Part shown: one piece after another, positions 48,443 through 62,020 of the stretch
Position numbering within the stretch: position 1 is the first letter of the stretch
Layout: each line of letters starts with the position of its first letter
DNA from: Azolla caroliniana
Lineage: Eukaryota; Plantae; Polypodiophyta
Reading direction: 5' to 3'
NCBI GenBank assembly: GCA_043228905.1
Contig: JBHGNT010000004.1
Span: forward strand, 13,516,001 to 13,580,000
Length of the DNA: 64,000 nucleotides
The notes under the pieces: model-generated
What the model was told of the DNA's origin: nothing
Databases searched by the model: none
Seen by the model: the letters and a program-made list of their open reading frames with translations, nothing else
Made by a program: the position numbers and the translations under genes

Positions 48443-49995
48443 ACGCACCTCGTCCTCCTTGGTCAGCTTGTCGGCTCAACAGCCCCATCTTAGATCCTTC
48501 GCTGCTACGAGTCCAGCGCTTGTCAACCCATTGGTTTGTCCGTGTCAGTGTTGACTTCGGCGGCCTTCTCGTCCACTTGGTCTTTAGTTGATCTAGCTCT
48601 TCCTAATCCAAATGTTGAACCGAATCAGCTTCCTCCGATTCGTTCCAGATCTTGTCCGAGTTGGTAGTCTCCAACTCCTCTTTCGTTTTTAGGCCGTTCA
48701 CAACATCGAACCATGTCCAAGTCTTGGCCTTCTTCTTCCGGTACGGTCAGTCTTCTTGACTCTATTGCCCTTGCCGTTTACTCCGACTTGTTCGGATGTG
48801 CCGACTCCTTCGGTTGGCTTGCCTTCCTTTTTCTGCTTATCTCCCCCCTTGGTTCTATTTTCCTCTCTGGCTCCTTATCTAGTGCCATTTGTTCCCATTC
48901 TTGTTCCTATTCTCTCCCTCAAGTGCGGCACGTCGAGACCCTGAATGCCGAGCATCTCCGAAAAGTGCTGCAACTTGTCCCATCCGAGTGGCTTGGTGAA
49001 GATATCGACAACTTGCCGATCCATCTGAACATACCGAAGTTCAACTTCACCGCTTAGGACCCGCTCGCGAACAAAGTGATAATGCACTTCTATGTGCTTT
49101 GTCCGAACATGGAATATAGGGTTCATGGCGAGTTGTATTCAGCCTCAGTGCTCGACAGAGCCACTGTTGGCCGCTTTCTGCTCCATGCAACAGTCGTGCT
49201 ACCAAGAGAAAACATGAAACTAGAGGTGGATCGGTGATCCGATGCATCACCAGCCCAGTGGGCATCGGTATATCCGACTAGCTTCCCAGCTATACCATGT
49301 ATGTATAACAATTAACATACCGGAGTATCTGGTGTGCGCACTTAAGGTGCTCAACGGTCGGCTTCTACATGAACTGGCTGATCACCCCGACTGGATAATT
49401 CATGTTGGGTCGGGTGATCGTTAAGTATATAAGGCTTCTGACAATTGGTCAGAACTATTTCTCATCGCAGGCCGGTCCGGAGTCGGGACGTAGCTTCAGG
49501 TTCGGGACGTAGCTTCAGGTTCCGGTCCAGGGGTGTGGAGATCGGTTGGCATTCCGTCATGCCGAACTTGTACACCACATTCAACACATAGTGTCTTTGG
49601 GAGAGCACTATACCATCAGGGGTCCGGATCACCTAGATCCCAAGAAAATAATGAAGGTCCCCCAGGTCCTTCATTTCAAATGAGTCCGACAGTTGGGACT
49701 TCACTCGGCCGATTTCATCGAGTTCGGGTCCGGTGATGACTAAATCATCTACATAAAGAAAAATGCAAACCGGACCGTCCGGACAGTTCCGGATGAACAC
49801 TGAAGAGTCGGACATAGAGCCCACAAACCCCATCTTACGCAACCGGTGTGTGATCTTCGCATTCCAAGCTCGGGGGGTTTGTTTCAGACTGTAAAGTGAC
49901 TTCTTGAGTCGACACACTACCGACTTGTTCATCTTCGATTGGAAGCCAGGGGGTTGGGTCATATAGAGCCATTCTTCAAGATCACCTTGAAGAAG
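48443..49995 (-). mobile_element. Copia RT-RNase H and 3' region fragment (same family as 1698-3950)
   Basis: SLYSLKQTPRAW, YVDDL and [16 protein letters not shown] motifs. Confidence 0.88.
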
Positions 49996-51025
49996 GAAAC
50001 TACAAAAGGCATTGTATGGCTTAAAACAAGCACCTAGAGCATGGTATCAGAAATTAGTTGAATTGTTATCAAATGCAGGTTTTAAAGAGTCAGATGTAGA
50101 TCCATCACTATTTGTCAAGCACAATGGAAAAGAAATGGTAATCATTTGTATATATGTGGATGATTTGATTATTACAGGAAATAACCACACTAGAGTCAAA
50201 GAGCTAAAATCATTGCTAAAATTGAGATTCAAAATTTCTGATTTAGGTCAACTCAAATTTTTCTTAGGAATCGAAGTTGTGAAAACAGATGTTGGCATGC
50301 ATTTGATTCCATGGAAATATGTTTTGGATTTGTTGAAAAAATATGGCATGTTGAGTTTTAAACCATTTCAACTACCTTTAGATACAAATGCAAAATATCA
50401 CCTAAATGTTGGTAACAAAATACAAAATGTGCAGATGTATAGAAGTATTGTTGGATCGTTGTTATATGCTACAATCACACGACCAGCCATTACATACACA
50501 GTAGGTCTATTATCTCAGTTTATGCAAGAACCAACGGATATTCATTTAAATGCTTGTAGAAAGGTATTGGGATATTTGAAAGGTACATTAAATTATGGTT
50601 TATTTTATGCATACGATGATAATTTAACACCAAAAGGATATTGTGATGCCGATTGGGCAAGCTCTCCTTTTGATAGAAGGAGTACTTCTGATTTTGTGTT
50701 TATGCTAGGTGGTAAGACAATTTCATGGAGTTCAAAAAAGCAACCCACAGTAGCTCTATCATAGACTGAAGCAAAGTATAAAACACTATCTCATGCAACA
50801 TGTGAAGTAGTATGGTTGAATAAGTTATTACTAGATTTACTGGTACATCATGATAGGTTTGTGCTATTATGTGATAATATGTTGAGTATATACTTGGCAA
50901 AAAATCCTATGTATCATGCAAGGTCAAAGCACATTGAGGTGCAATATCATTTTGTAAGAGAGAAAGTACTATCAAAAGAAATAGATATAATGCACATAAA
51001 TACAGAATGGCAAGTGGCGATTTGA
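49996..51025 (+). mobile_element. AT-rich copia RT-RNase H fragment
   Basis: LYGLKQAPRAWY, YVDDLII, YCDADWA and HARSKHIEVQYHFVRE motifs. Confidence 0.9.
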
Positions 51026-51029
51026 CAAA

Positions 51030-54000
51030 ATATCGTATACATAGAGGACAACATGATCTGCTGGACTGAAACTCGAAGACCCCTACAGGTGAATTTCAGA
51101 AGTGGGGGAATGAAGAAATCTATGGTGGATGCCGATGCGACTCATCTGGATGCAATGCACTATGCTGCATCGGGCGGAAGTCGAGAAAGACAAGACTGAA
51201 GTTTCTAGAGCGGGAGCGACGTTTTGGACTTCCGTTCTCGAATATGAGAAGGGAAAAGTCACTTCGAACGAAGTAGAGCTTGCGGAGGTGATGTGCGACA
51301 ACCACGAGGTGTTCGTCGAAGAAAAGAGAAAAAGAATAGAAGAGCAAGGCCCATCAAAAAGACATGAAACAAGGAACGCAAAAAAGAAAGACGATGCAGA
51401 GATGAGTCAACCTTTACAAACGGAGGAATGAGAATCAAGTCGAAAAGGGGAGCCAAGCATACGAGTTGAAGAAACGGTTCGGCCCGTGAAGGTTGGTGTC
51501 GAAGACCCCCGCTCGGAGGACAAGGGTTATGCCTACCTATAAGCTAAAGTCAGACATAGAGCAGACAATGGACCTAAAGAAGATTCTCGAAGAACGAGTT
51601 CTTGATAGTCATGTGACTTTGTCCTTGAGGGAATTGCTTGGCATTACGAAGAAGGAGTTCCATGACACGATTGTGGACCATGTAAAGAGAAAAAGACAAT
51701 AATCGGACGAGGAAGAAGAGAAGCTGCAAAAAGCAAAAACGAACACCATAACAATGGCAAGAGACGAAGTCGATGAAGATATGGTGGACAACCACTATAC
51801 TCGACCTCATTGGGCACAAGCGACAATGGAGAAGCCGGTGAGAAGAAAGAGACCGTGGTAGCCTTGATTGACAACGGCTCGGAGATCAACCTCATGTCAC
51901 CGACTTCTACAAAAAAGGAAGATGACCAATCAATACAAATCACGGATGGAAGATTCGCGCGGCAACAAAGTCTACGGAGGACTTGTACGGAGCTTGTCCC
52001 AATGTCAAAGTCACAATCGGGGATGTGGAGATGGATCAACACTTCTTCGTGCAAGAATCAACATCGCATCCTGTCATCCTAGGGCAACCGTATATCACAT
52101 CATCTCGGATGGGGACCAAAGTGTTCGATAATGGAGCAGCCTTCGCACGAATAAAGAGTCTTGACAACCAAAGATCGATCCAATTCCTAACGGTGCGAGC
52201 CAATCATGAAAGGAATCGAGATAGTCTCGGAGGCGAATCCTCGGATTTTTAGAGCGGACTATTGAAGCATGGGGCACAAATAGTCCGAGCAATCACAAGA
52301 CCCCACAAGAAAGAAGAGTGCGTGGATTGCGAGGAGAGGCAACATGTGTCACACCTAGTGGCGCATGTAAACTAGTACTACCCGACAAGAAGGACAAGCG
52401 TTGGATACAAGAATTCCAGAAGATGCTGAAAGAAGAAAACATAATAGAAGAAGGAGAGTTCGTGACTCATATTATGGAAGAAGCCTCATTTAACGACAGC
52501 ATCGGCAAAATCGAGGAAGTTGTGGATCATTACGTGATTTCGGTTAACTCTGTCAACATGTATGCTATCATCGATGAATACTGTCGTGGCATCTCGATGA
52601 AGGAAGCTGACATCAACACAAAATATAAAACGGTGGATAAGAAGATCAAGCCAATTGCGGTTCCGCTACCGGAAGATAGCTGGCAAAACATGAAGGAAGT
52701 CGCTAACAATCCAATCTTAAGAGATCCGAAGACGATAGGTCATGTCTTCACCAAAGAGACGAAGGGGAAGCTACGAGTTGGAAAGGAGGATTTCCTTCTC
52801 CCTGAAGAGGAGCGAATATTTCGCGATATGCTTGAGAGACATGGCAAGGCTTTCGCATTCTTCCCACGAGAAATCGGATGTGCCGACCCAAAGGTTATAG
52901 AGTCGATGGTGATCTTCACGGTGCCTCATGTGCCTTGGAATTTGAAACCGATACCGGTTCCGAGAGCACACCTTCCAAAGCTGATCGAACTCTTAAAGGA
53001 GAAGGTGAGTATGGGAATTCTAGAACCATCGAATGCTCCTTATTCCGATAGGTGGTTCATGGTGCTGAAGAAGAATGGATCATTGCGATTCATCCAAGGT
53101 CTTAAACCCGTTAACAAGGTGACAATTTGAAATGCTAGAATCGGTCCGAGCGTGGACGAATTTGCCAAAGCGTTTGCGAGCCGGTCCATCTACTCCATTG
53201 GCGATCTCTACTCCGGATATGACCAATTCCAATTGGCGATCGACAGTTGGGACATTACAACCATGAGGACTCCGATCGGGCTTGTGCGGATGTGTACCTT
53301 ACCCCAAGGTGCAACGAACTCGGTGGCTCATATGGTGAAGGCCATGAATAAAGTCTTGAAGGATTGCATCCCGGACATCACGATGCCATTCTTGGATGAT
53401 ATTCCGATAGAAGGATGTTTGGATGAGGAGAAAGATGAATCGAAAGATAAGGAAGGTTGTTAAAGTTCGTTGCGGATCATCTGAAAGATTGCGAGAAGGT
53501 GCTTCAAAGGCTCGAAGATGCGAATTTGACATTTTCGGGAGAAAAATCCGCATTCGGGCAACCAGAGATCTTGGTGGTAGGTCACTTGTGTGGGGCATAC
53601 GGCCGGAAGCCTTCGCCATACAAAGTGAACGTGATCCAAGACAGGAAAGAAGAATGCGAAAACCAAACGAAGGTTAGAAGGTTCCTTGGAGCATGCGCAT
53701 TTTATCATATCTAGATTCCACACTACGCTCATGTCGCCGAACCATTATATGGACCACTAAAGAAAAGAATGAAGTTTGAATGGTGAAACAAGCACACAAA
53801 TGCGATGCGAAGATTGAAGAAACTGCTTCTTGAAGCTTTGGCACTAAGCAAAGCCGACTATGCCGAAGGGAAGCCGATTTACGTGACCGTAGATACGAGC
53901 CCAACCGGAATCGGGTGGGTCATCAACCAAGAAGGAGAAGAGAATACGCGGTATGCCATCCGGTTTGGAGCAAAGGTTCTCAGCAAACGACAACAAAGAT

Positions 54001-57000
54001 ACGCCCAAGTCAAGCGGGAACTTTGGGGTATTGTGTCGGCAGTGAAGACAGACAAAGATTACCTGATCGGGTCGGAAGTGATAATAGAGACAAATTGTCT
54101 CCCAATTCTCGGAATGGTCTCGGGATGTGCGCCCCAAATCTTGTTATGCTAAGGTGGATCGCCTACATCAAGACTTTAAACCCAGATATTCGTCACATTG
54201 CAAGGAAGAAGAACGCCATGGCTGACATGCTGTCGAGGGCAAAATTTGAAAATGGAAGTGACATGGTTTCAGAAGATGAAGATGTCGCCCTCGACTTCTT
54301 CAAGATGGCTCGATTGTCGGCGGAAGACCAGGATAGACAAACCCTCCACGCCTTCAACAAGAACGAGTATGAAGGAGAGTGGTTACTCATCGGTAGATTC
54401 CTAAGAGCATTGACGACAGATGCTTCGTTGACAAAGGAGGAGGCCCTACGAATTGGGAAGAAAGCTTACCGATACTTCTTGAAGGGAGGATTCCTTTGGC
54501 GACATCCAAAAAGAAGGACAGGAATACCACGTCGAGTGGTGGTGAAGAAAGAAGAGCAAGAGACGCGAGAGTGCTTGGGCAGGTCATAGAGGAACATGGG
54601 CGACGTTCGAAAAGTTGAAGGAGAAGTACTGGTGGCCAAGCATGTACAAAGATGTACTCCATTTCGTGTCCACATGCGAAACTTGCCAAATATATTCAAA
54701 TATATGTCATCGTGATGACTTACAGCCGACATACCCACTCACCATACACTTCAAATGGATGGTGGATCTGGTCTCAATGCCAATGGGAGTGGGACAAATG
54801 AAGTACTTAGTGCTAGCAAGGGAAGACTTGACAAATCAAGTGGAAGGACTAGCCTTGACAAATAAGACGTCTTCAGCCATTTGCAATTTTCTGCTTGAAG
54901 AGGTTGTTTGCATATACGGATGTGTGGGGAAGATAGTGGCCGACTGAGGGGAGTTGGATGCGCACGAAGCGACGGAGCTCTTCGAACGACTAGGCGTGAA
55001 GCTCTCCCTCACGACTGCCTACAATCCGGAAGCGAATGGGAAGATCGAGCGAGGGCATGGACCTATCGTTAAAGCCATTGTACGGGCATGCAACGGTCGA
55101 GTCGGGAATTGGCCACAACTATTACCCTATGCCTTTTGGGCCGATAGAACGACACACAACTCGGTGAGAGGGTATATGCCGACAGAGCTTATGTATGGAC
55201 AAAAGCCGGTTATGCCCATCGAAAGGAATCGCCTCATGGGTAGCGATACCGTGGGAGAATGAGATTAGCCGAGAAGAGTTATTCGCGACGTGGATAAGGC
55301 AACTTGAAAGAAGACCTGAAGATCTAGAGAAAGCGTGAAAGATGATGGAGGCAGCCCGAATAAAGAACAAAGTTCGGTTCGACAACACGCATCGACTTCG
55401 TCCCAAGAAGATTGAAGAAGGAGATTGGGTTTTGGTTTACGACAACAGCCTTGACAATCAACACAGTACAACAAGAAAATTTGCAAGAAGATGGTTCGGG
55501 CCATATGTGGTGACAAGTGCCAACGATAATGCCACATACCACCTTGCGGAACTAGACGAATCAAGGTTGGTCGTACCCATTGTGGGAAAAAGAGTAAAGA
55601 TTTTCAAGAAAAGACAAGACGAGGATCCTAACCTCGATCACCTCGATGATGAACATAATAGGGCGGATGTAAATGAAGACATGGAGGAATCTGACTAATC
55701 ACCTTAGCCGAAATCTCACTTTCTCTCTTCTTGGCACGTACGGGAGGACGTGCAGTTTGGTGGGGGTGGATGTCATGAAGATTTTCGACAATGGTGTGAA
55801 AATCACATAAAACGTACAAAATCGAGTATGAATCACATAAAACAATAATAGTGAAATATCTAAGTACAAAATGATGGAGGTCTTCAAGAGCTTTCGAATG
55901 CACTTTATTACACGAGAAACAGACAATTAGATCTCAAGAACTGAGGGTATAAAGTTTGTGAAAGGAAAAGAGAAAACTGTGAGATATCCCACATAGGCAC
56001 GACAAATACGGCTCTCATCATATATAAGGTAGAGTAAAAGCTATTATCTTTGTGTCTATGTGTTGACCATAGAGAGTTCAAGGTAACTTGAACTAAGCGT
56101 GGAGGTGGCCTAGCCACTCGTAAAGGTTTTGGCCAACCAAAACGGAACTGGACGGTAACTGGCAATCGGTGATCCGGCGGTATGGGCATCCGATGAGGCG
56201 GTGGCGGAGCCGGTGATCCGGCGGTATCAGCATCCGACGGAGCCGACGAGGCGGTGGTGGAGCCGGTGACACGACGGAATTGGCATTCGACGGAGCCGAC
56301 GAGGCGGTGGTGGAGCCGGTGACACGACGGAATTGGCATTCGACGGAGCCGACGAGGCGGTGGTGGAGCCAGTGACACGACGGAATTGGCATTCGACGGA
56401 GCCGGTGACCCAGCAGAATCGGCATCCGACGGAGCCGGCGAGGCGGGGGCGGAGCCCGTATCCGGTGACCGACGGTAACCAACAGCATTCAGCGAACCAA
56501 CAGCGACCGACATCCGGCAACCAAATTAATAAATAAATATATATCACATATATATACACAAGGAGGGCAAGTGAGGATTCGAACCTTGCACCTCCTAGTT
56601 AAGAGTCAGTAGGCTTACCACTAAGCCATGACATTTAGTTGAATTTATATTTCTATCATTGTACTTTTACATGGAAATTCTCATACATGAGAGCTAAAAT
56701 AAGTTACATGGTTATCATGCACCACATGTAATACATGAGCGCCAAATGACAAACATGCATTTTATGCATGTGTTGTACCCTCACATGCATCATATGCATG
56801 AGAGCATCTATAAAAGAAGGGATGAAAAAGAAGAAGGGTTAGGCTTTTGTTGGTTATAAAATTAAGAAAAAGAGAATTCGTTATCGAATTGATCGTGTAA
56901 CTTGTTTCTTAAATTCTAAACTAAAGAGTTCAATCTTAATCTCTCTCAATCTAAAGTCAAGCATTCTATTCTATCTCAAGCTCTCTCTCTCTTTCAATCT

Positions 57001-57108
57001 AACTTAAGTACTTTCTCGACAAAGCTTGCGCCAACTTCAAGTCCTTCCGGTCCAGAACCTCGGCGGTTCCGCCTCATGATCCTCGCGTAGTGACGGATCT
57101 TCATGACA
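51030..57108 (+). mobile_element. 5'-truncated Ty3/gypsy (gag end, PR, RT, RH, INT) with 3' LTR 55771-57108
   Basis: ALIDNGSEINL, PQGATNS, FLDDI, VDTSPTGIG, YNPEANGKIER and WFGPY motifs. PPT GGTGGGGGTGGA. The LTR has 12-bp terminal inverted repeats TGTCATGAAGAT/ATCTTCATGACA. Confidence 0.93.
56236..56400. repeat. GC-rich 53-bp tandem repeat x3 within the LTR
   Basis: GACGGAGCCGACGAGGCGGTGGTGGAGCCGGTGACACGACGGAATTGGCATTC at 56236, 56289 and 56342. Confidence 0.9.
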
Positions 57109-58241
57109 ACGGATGATATCCGGAACCAGGAGCCGGATCGGGGAGCCGGATTCAAATGTGAATCGGAAGCCTAATAGTAGCTTATACTCGTAGACTACTA
57201 GGTAGTCAGAGTCCTCGTAGCTAGTGTCAGCTGCTTGTATGAGCATTGAAGTACATAGTACTTCTGTCAATCCTTTTGAGGACTTATATAAATAGCACGT
57301 TGTCGTGAAGATTTCGGCAACGGTGTGAAAATCACGTGGAACGAGGAAAATCGAGAAGGTGCAATATGCACATGTATGGAAGGGGTGATGGTTAATGTGC
57401 ACGTGTGATGTGTGTTTAGGTGATCATTACACATATATATATATAATAAGCCTAACGCATACAATGAGGTGCAAGTAAAGGTTTTGGACCTTACACCTCC
57501 AAGATAGGAGGCAATAGACATACCATTAGACTACGTTGTTTCATTTGAAAGTGAATTTTGTTCATTGTACATTTCACACAAAATTGTTTGTACATGAGAG
57601 AGCTTAGATAAGGTACATGGTCATCATGCATCACATGTGATGCATGAGCGCCAAATGGCGATCATGCATTGCATGCATCTCATGCATTGCATGTATGTAC
57701 TACACCCTCACATGCACATATGCATGGGGGCATCTATATAAGAAGGAGAGAAAGAGAAAGAAGGGGGAGACAATGTATGCAATCAATAATAATTAGTAAG
57801 TTCTAGTTATCTCGTTGGCAAGGTGTCTTCTATCTCAAGTTTGAAGTCAAAGGTTCAAACCGGGAATAGGAATTCCCACCTGTATCTATCTATCAATTGA
57901 TCTTTAATACTTCTCGCTTGCGCTAGTCCTTCCGCAGTTCTGTTATCTTGAACAATCCCATCATCAATCCTCCATAACCACTAGCGGATAGAGGCCCGGT
58001 GCTTGTCCGCACTTGTGACACGCACATCACGACGTTTGGCACGTGTGTCATGTGCCACATGACAACGTTGTATGTATAGAGTGATACATAGTGTTATTTT
58101 TTTAATAGAGTTGATGTTCTGCTCTCTCTGTCTCTCCCATATATGCTAAATACTGCCAAGCTTCCATTGAACCTATGTTTTTATTCTCTACTACTACCCG
58201 GCTAAACCGGTTTTGTCAAGCTTCCGCACACTAACTTTTAC
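57109..58241 (+). repeat. Copia LTR remnant hosting a gypsy solo LTR
   Basis: 57160-57300 and 58069-58241 match the reverse complement of the 46406 LTR. Ends GCTTCCGCACACTAACTTTTACA. Confidence 0.7.
57301..58064 (+). repeat. Gypsy solo LTR with 4-bp TSD ACGT
   Basis: TGTCGTG...CATGACA termini, with ACGT at 57297-57300 and 58065-58068. Confidence 0.8.
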
Positions 58242-58258
58242 ACGTAGGTGAGTGCTTG

Positions 58259-59060
58259 CTATGGATTTTGATTTGCTTTCCTAGATGCATATGCTTGCGT
58301 TCTACGTTCTTGCTCTTGTGGAGTTCTATCGTCCGCTACAAAAAAACTTGTCCCATTTAAGTACACCTTACTGCTATCTAGAATCATTGCCTTTTTACAT
58401 TCATGAAGGATTGTACAATCAATAGCTCGAGATGACTTTCCCAATAGTTGCTTTTTGCCAAGCCTATGTGCGGCATATACAATAACATCTCACATAGCAA
58501 AGTGATCTTGAAAGAATTTCGTAATATTTTCTCCAAGAGATAATGCATTCTCTGTTTCATTATCTTGCATATGTCTATTGCTTTCTTCTTTCTTTCTTCT
58601 TTAGATTTCATATTGCTCCTTTGCATCTAACACATGCCTTTGTGTGAATTTCGGTGTTTCTTTCAAGATAACATCTTTGCACCTTGTCATGATCACGTCT
58701 TCCTTCCCTTCAATTGTAGATTTTATTTCGGCATTTGCCTTCACTAAAATCTCTTTTTATGCTTCAAGGCTCAACATTTTTCTTTCTATTTCAGGCATCC
58801 AATTATCTAGACATTTGCATAGTCACGTTCTTCATTGCATGTAGTTCTTCACTCAACGCTTTAATCTCTAACTTTTGCATTTCCATTGTATGTTGAAGAG
58901 TTAATTCCCTCTCCTTATAACCATACATTTCACTTTGCATATGCCTAACTATCTCTTGCAATGAGATGTACATAGATGCCATCTTTTCCATTGACAAAGT
59001 ATGCATTTGATTGTTTGGGCTTTCAATTACATCATCATTGGCTTTTACACCTCTTGGCAT
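58259..59060 (-). pseudogene. Decayed LINE ORF1-like coiled-coil gene
   Basis: Coiled-coil N-terminus and C-terminal KKAMILDSSKVYLNGTSFFVADDRTPQEQERR, resembling ORF1p C-terminal domains. Confidence 0.5.
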
Positions 59061-60345
59061 ATTTACTATTAATAAAATGATAGAAGAAGTAGAATGTACC
59101 TTTTAATCGATTTAGGGTTTCAAAATCTACGTTGAGTTTGTGGAACCGAATGGCAAAGAGGGTTGCGGACAAAAATGCTCATAACTTCTCACCACGTTCG
59201 TTAGAAAGCTCTCTGAAAGAGTTTTACAAGGAGCTATAGAATGTAGAAAACGATGGTGGAGAGAAATGCGCATAGAAGAAGACGAGCACGTGACGATGCT
59301 CTTCTTGATAGAAGGGTCTGACAATGGAGTATGGTTACCCACTAACTACACTACATGGCTAGCGGAACATGTTGAATTGCCAATAGGCAAGATGAACACT
59401 CCATTGAGGAAAGAATTTCCACTTTTTCCAATAAAGAAAATTGTCACATTAGTACTCCCTTCAACTTTCGTAGATATGCTTTCACTCCATGTCTACCATT
59501 GAATACAAAAGCATTGTGCATGTTCCAATTATGACGCAATCCTTAATACCTCAAAAATATAAAAACGATCTCCATCTCTTATTTTGGGTCAACCTGTGTA
59601 AATTGTGCAAACAACCACTATTTAGGTGTCAAATAACACCATGATAAAACTTGCCAAATTTGAGAAATGTAACTCCAAAATCTGACAAGCAATCAGACAT
59701 CCTGTAAATCGATGAGTGCTATCTTCTATTTGAACAGTGCAAAAAGTCCACGACGCTTTAGAGCTAATCCCAAAGGCAATCCTCCAAATGAAGACCTTTG
59801 CTACAAATGGCAATATAGAATGCCAACTACGTTGTAAGATTTGCCACTACCCAAGATTAGACTTGTGTATTTTCTATTCTTCTTCAGCCTTAGATGATAA
59901 CCATCCAACAGAGCAATGATACAAAAGATTATTAGTCCCTTGTAACAATGATGTTTGATCCTATAAACACCAATCAATCCACTATTGTTCTCCTATTTCT
60001 ACAGGTAAGGGGCCTTGCATCAATGCAATATTTTGTAGATGTTGCCAAATAAACCCATAATTAGACAGGATGCATAGTAATTGTCAACTATATCTCCCAC
60101 CTCTTTGACCCCCAAACGAAACAAACGATTAAATTGAGAGTGCAATCTCTCATTTCCTAGCCAACATAATAACCGAGAAGACACAAGTAATTCTTTTTGC
60201 AAAGAATTACAATGCTCTATACTAGATGATGGTTTCCATACACATAGCAATAGATATCCATGGTTGTGAGTTTGAACAAGTCTTGTAATAATGAAAATCT
60301 ACGACCCGTTATATGCAAAGATAAGTTCAATATTCAAGCTTCCCC

Positions 60346-60925
60346 TTGACGCAAAATATGCGGAATATTACCCGGCCACAACCAACTCTCAAATCGTGTC
60401 GTTTAGAATCAAAACACAAAGAATGGGAATGGGGGGGGGGGGGCAAATACACGTATATGCACACACACTGTGAACAAGAGAGTACACAAGATGTTAACGT
60501 GGAAAACCCTGAGAGGGAAAAACCACGGGAACCCACAGACTCCAAACTATCACTATGTCAAAGAATACAACAGGGGGCACAGAGGCAACGACCTCGTGCT
60601 CACACTCTTCGCCTGGTGGCGGTTAAAATAGAGAGTGCGCGTAGCTGCTCTCACGCTCTCTCTCTCTCTCTCTCTCTTCATACAACAATTACAACAATAA
60701 CACAAGGAATGACCAACACTAAACCTATTTGCCCTAAGTCACATTTATACTAATATGACTTTCGGGCTATTTACAAATATAGCCACAATGGGCTAACAAA
60801 AACATATTTACATATATGTCCCTTCATTCAGTGAGAGGTTCTCACCGAGCCTACGTCATCCGGTTCTCACGGGTCTTCCATTGCCGGGTACTCATATCCC
60901 ATCCGGAGGGACCAAAATCCTAACA
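60346..60925 (-). repeat. Solo LTR (family of 32192-32930)
   Basis: Shared blocks include CTATATTTGTAAATAGCC..AAGTCATATTAGTATAAAT and GGTTGTGGCCG. Both flanks are C-runs. Confidence 0.75.
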
Positions 60926-60944
60926 CCCCCAAGCGCGTAGGGGT

Positions 60945-61475
60945 TGCTAGATGATTCCACGCAACCCAAGTGATTCCCAACTTATCCCTCTTCTTCCACA
61001 ACAAATATCAAAAAGTGTAAAGAATCGATGTTGATCCTTGTGCAGCGGCATAGATGTGCGTTATGTGCGTATGTGTGAGAGAAAAAGAGAGGAGAGAAAA
61101 TAGAACTCAAGATAGATACATGAGAGGAAAATAGAATACTCAAGAAGAAGGTGTATATTTCACAAGTAGAATAAGATTTACAAAATGTAGCATAACAAGG
61201 AGTCACAAAATGTAGTATGAAGTATGAGGAGGGTACTTTATATATAGTCACCCTCTCTCTTCATTAACTAACTACAACAACCACTCTCTCTTGGGAATGT
61301 GAAGACTAATTGTCATGGGGAATATGTAACTCATTAGTTATTTGTCATAGAATATGATTCTATGACACATAGTTAATGTGTAGAGTGTAGTGGTGTGACT
61401 CTTGACTTTTGAGTAATCATAGATTCTCAAAAGGTGTGTTCACACGTTGCACTATGTTGAGCTTGATTCTCAACA
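60945..61475 (-). repeat. Copia-type LTR
   Basis: Ends GTTGAGCTTGATTCTCAACA like the other copia LTRs here. No TSD seen. Confidence 0.6.
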
Positions 61476-62020
61476 AAGAGGTTTCAAAACAAAATGCAAT
61501 TTAGCCTTCTTTTTCCATGGCAACAATGGCAAGTATTATATAATATCATGGGTTCCATAATACATTGTGCAACCTTCAAGGGTACATGAAATGGTCAAGA
61601 TTGTGACTTCCAATACATGAACTTATCCCTCAACTTACCAGACATGTCCAGTCAAACAATTAACCATTTGTAACATTCATTCCTAATGGATAACCCAAGT
61701 GTTGAAAAATAGACTTGCCTTTGTTCACCACGGATCCTTGCTATCCTAACCATTCTAAATCCCTTTTAGTACATGATATGAGACTAGACTTCTTCCAATT
61801 AATATGTAATCCGAAAGCCAATGCAAGTTGGTCCCATACAAGTGTCAAGATTCTCTCATGAAGCTTGTGAAAACATGAAAGAATCATCAACCAAAGCTTG
61901 TGCTACTAGTTGCCCTCTAGACAGAAGTTGTCGACCCACAATGTTAGCATTTGTTGCAAGCCTTGATAGCATCACTAGCAAGGGAAGGGTAACAATAGCA
62001 AACAAGAATAGGCTAAGAGG

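Larger units (their letters stand above)
59500..62020 (-). mobile_element. Decayed L1-type LINE interrupted by two LTRs
   Basis: AKVFIWRI..FCTVQIEDSTHRFTGC and HLGYPLG motifs, homologous to 23800-25825. Confidence 0.7.

Noticed and set aside
55908-56559. Pro/Ser/Arg-rich ORFs
   Set aside because: They are translations of the GC-rich 53-bp repeat within an LTR.
56565-56632. Functional tRNA genes (also 1525, 23518, 57468, 62030)
   Set aside because: The acceptor and anticodon stems do not pair properly, and all copies lie inside LTRs.
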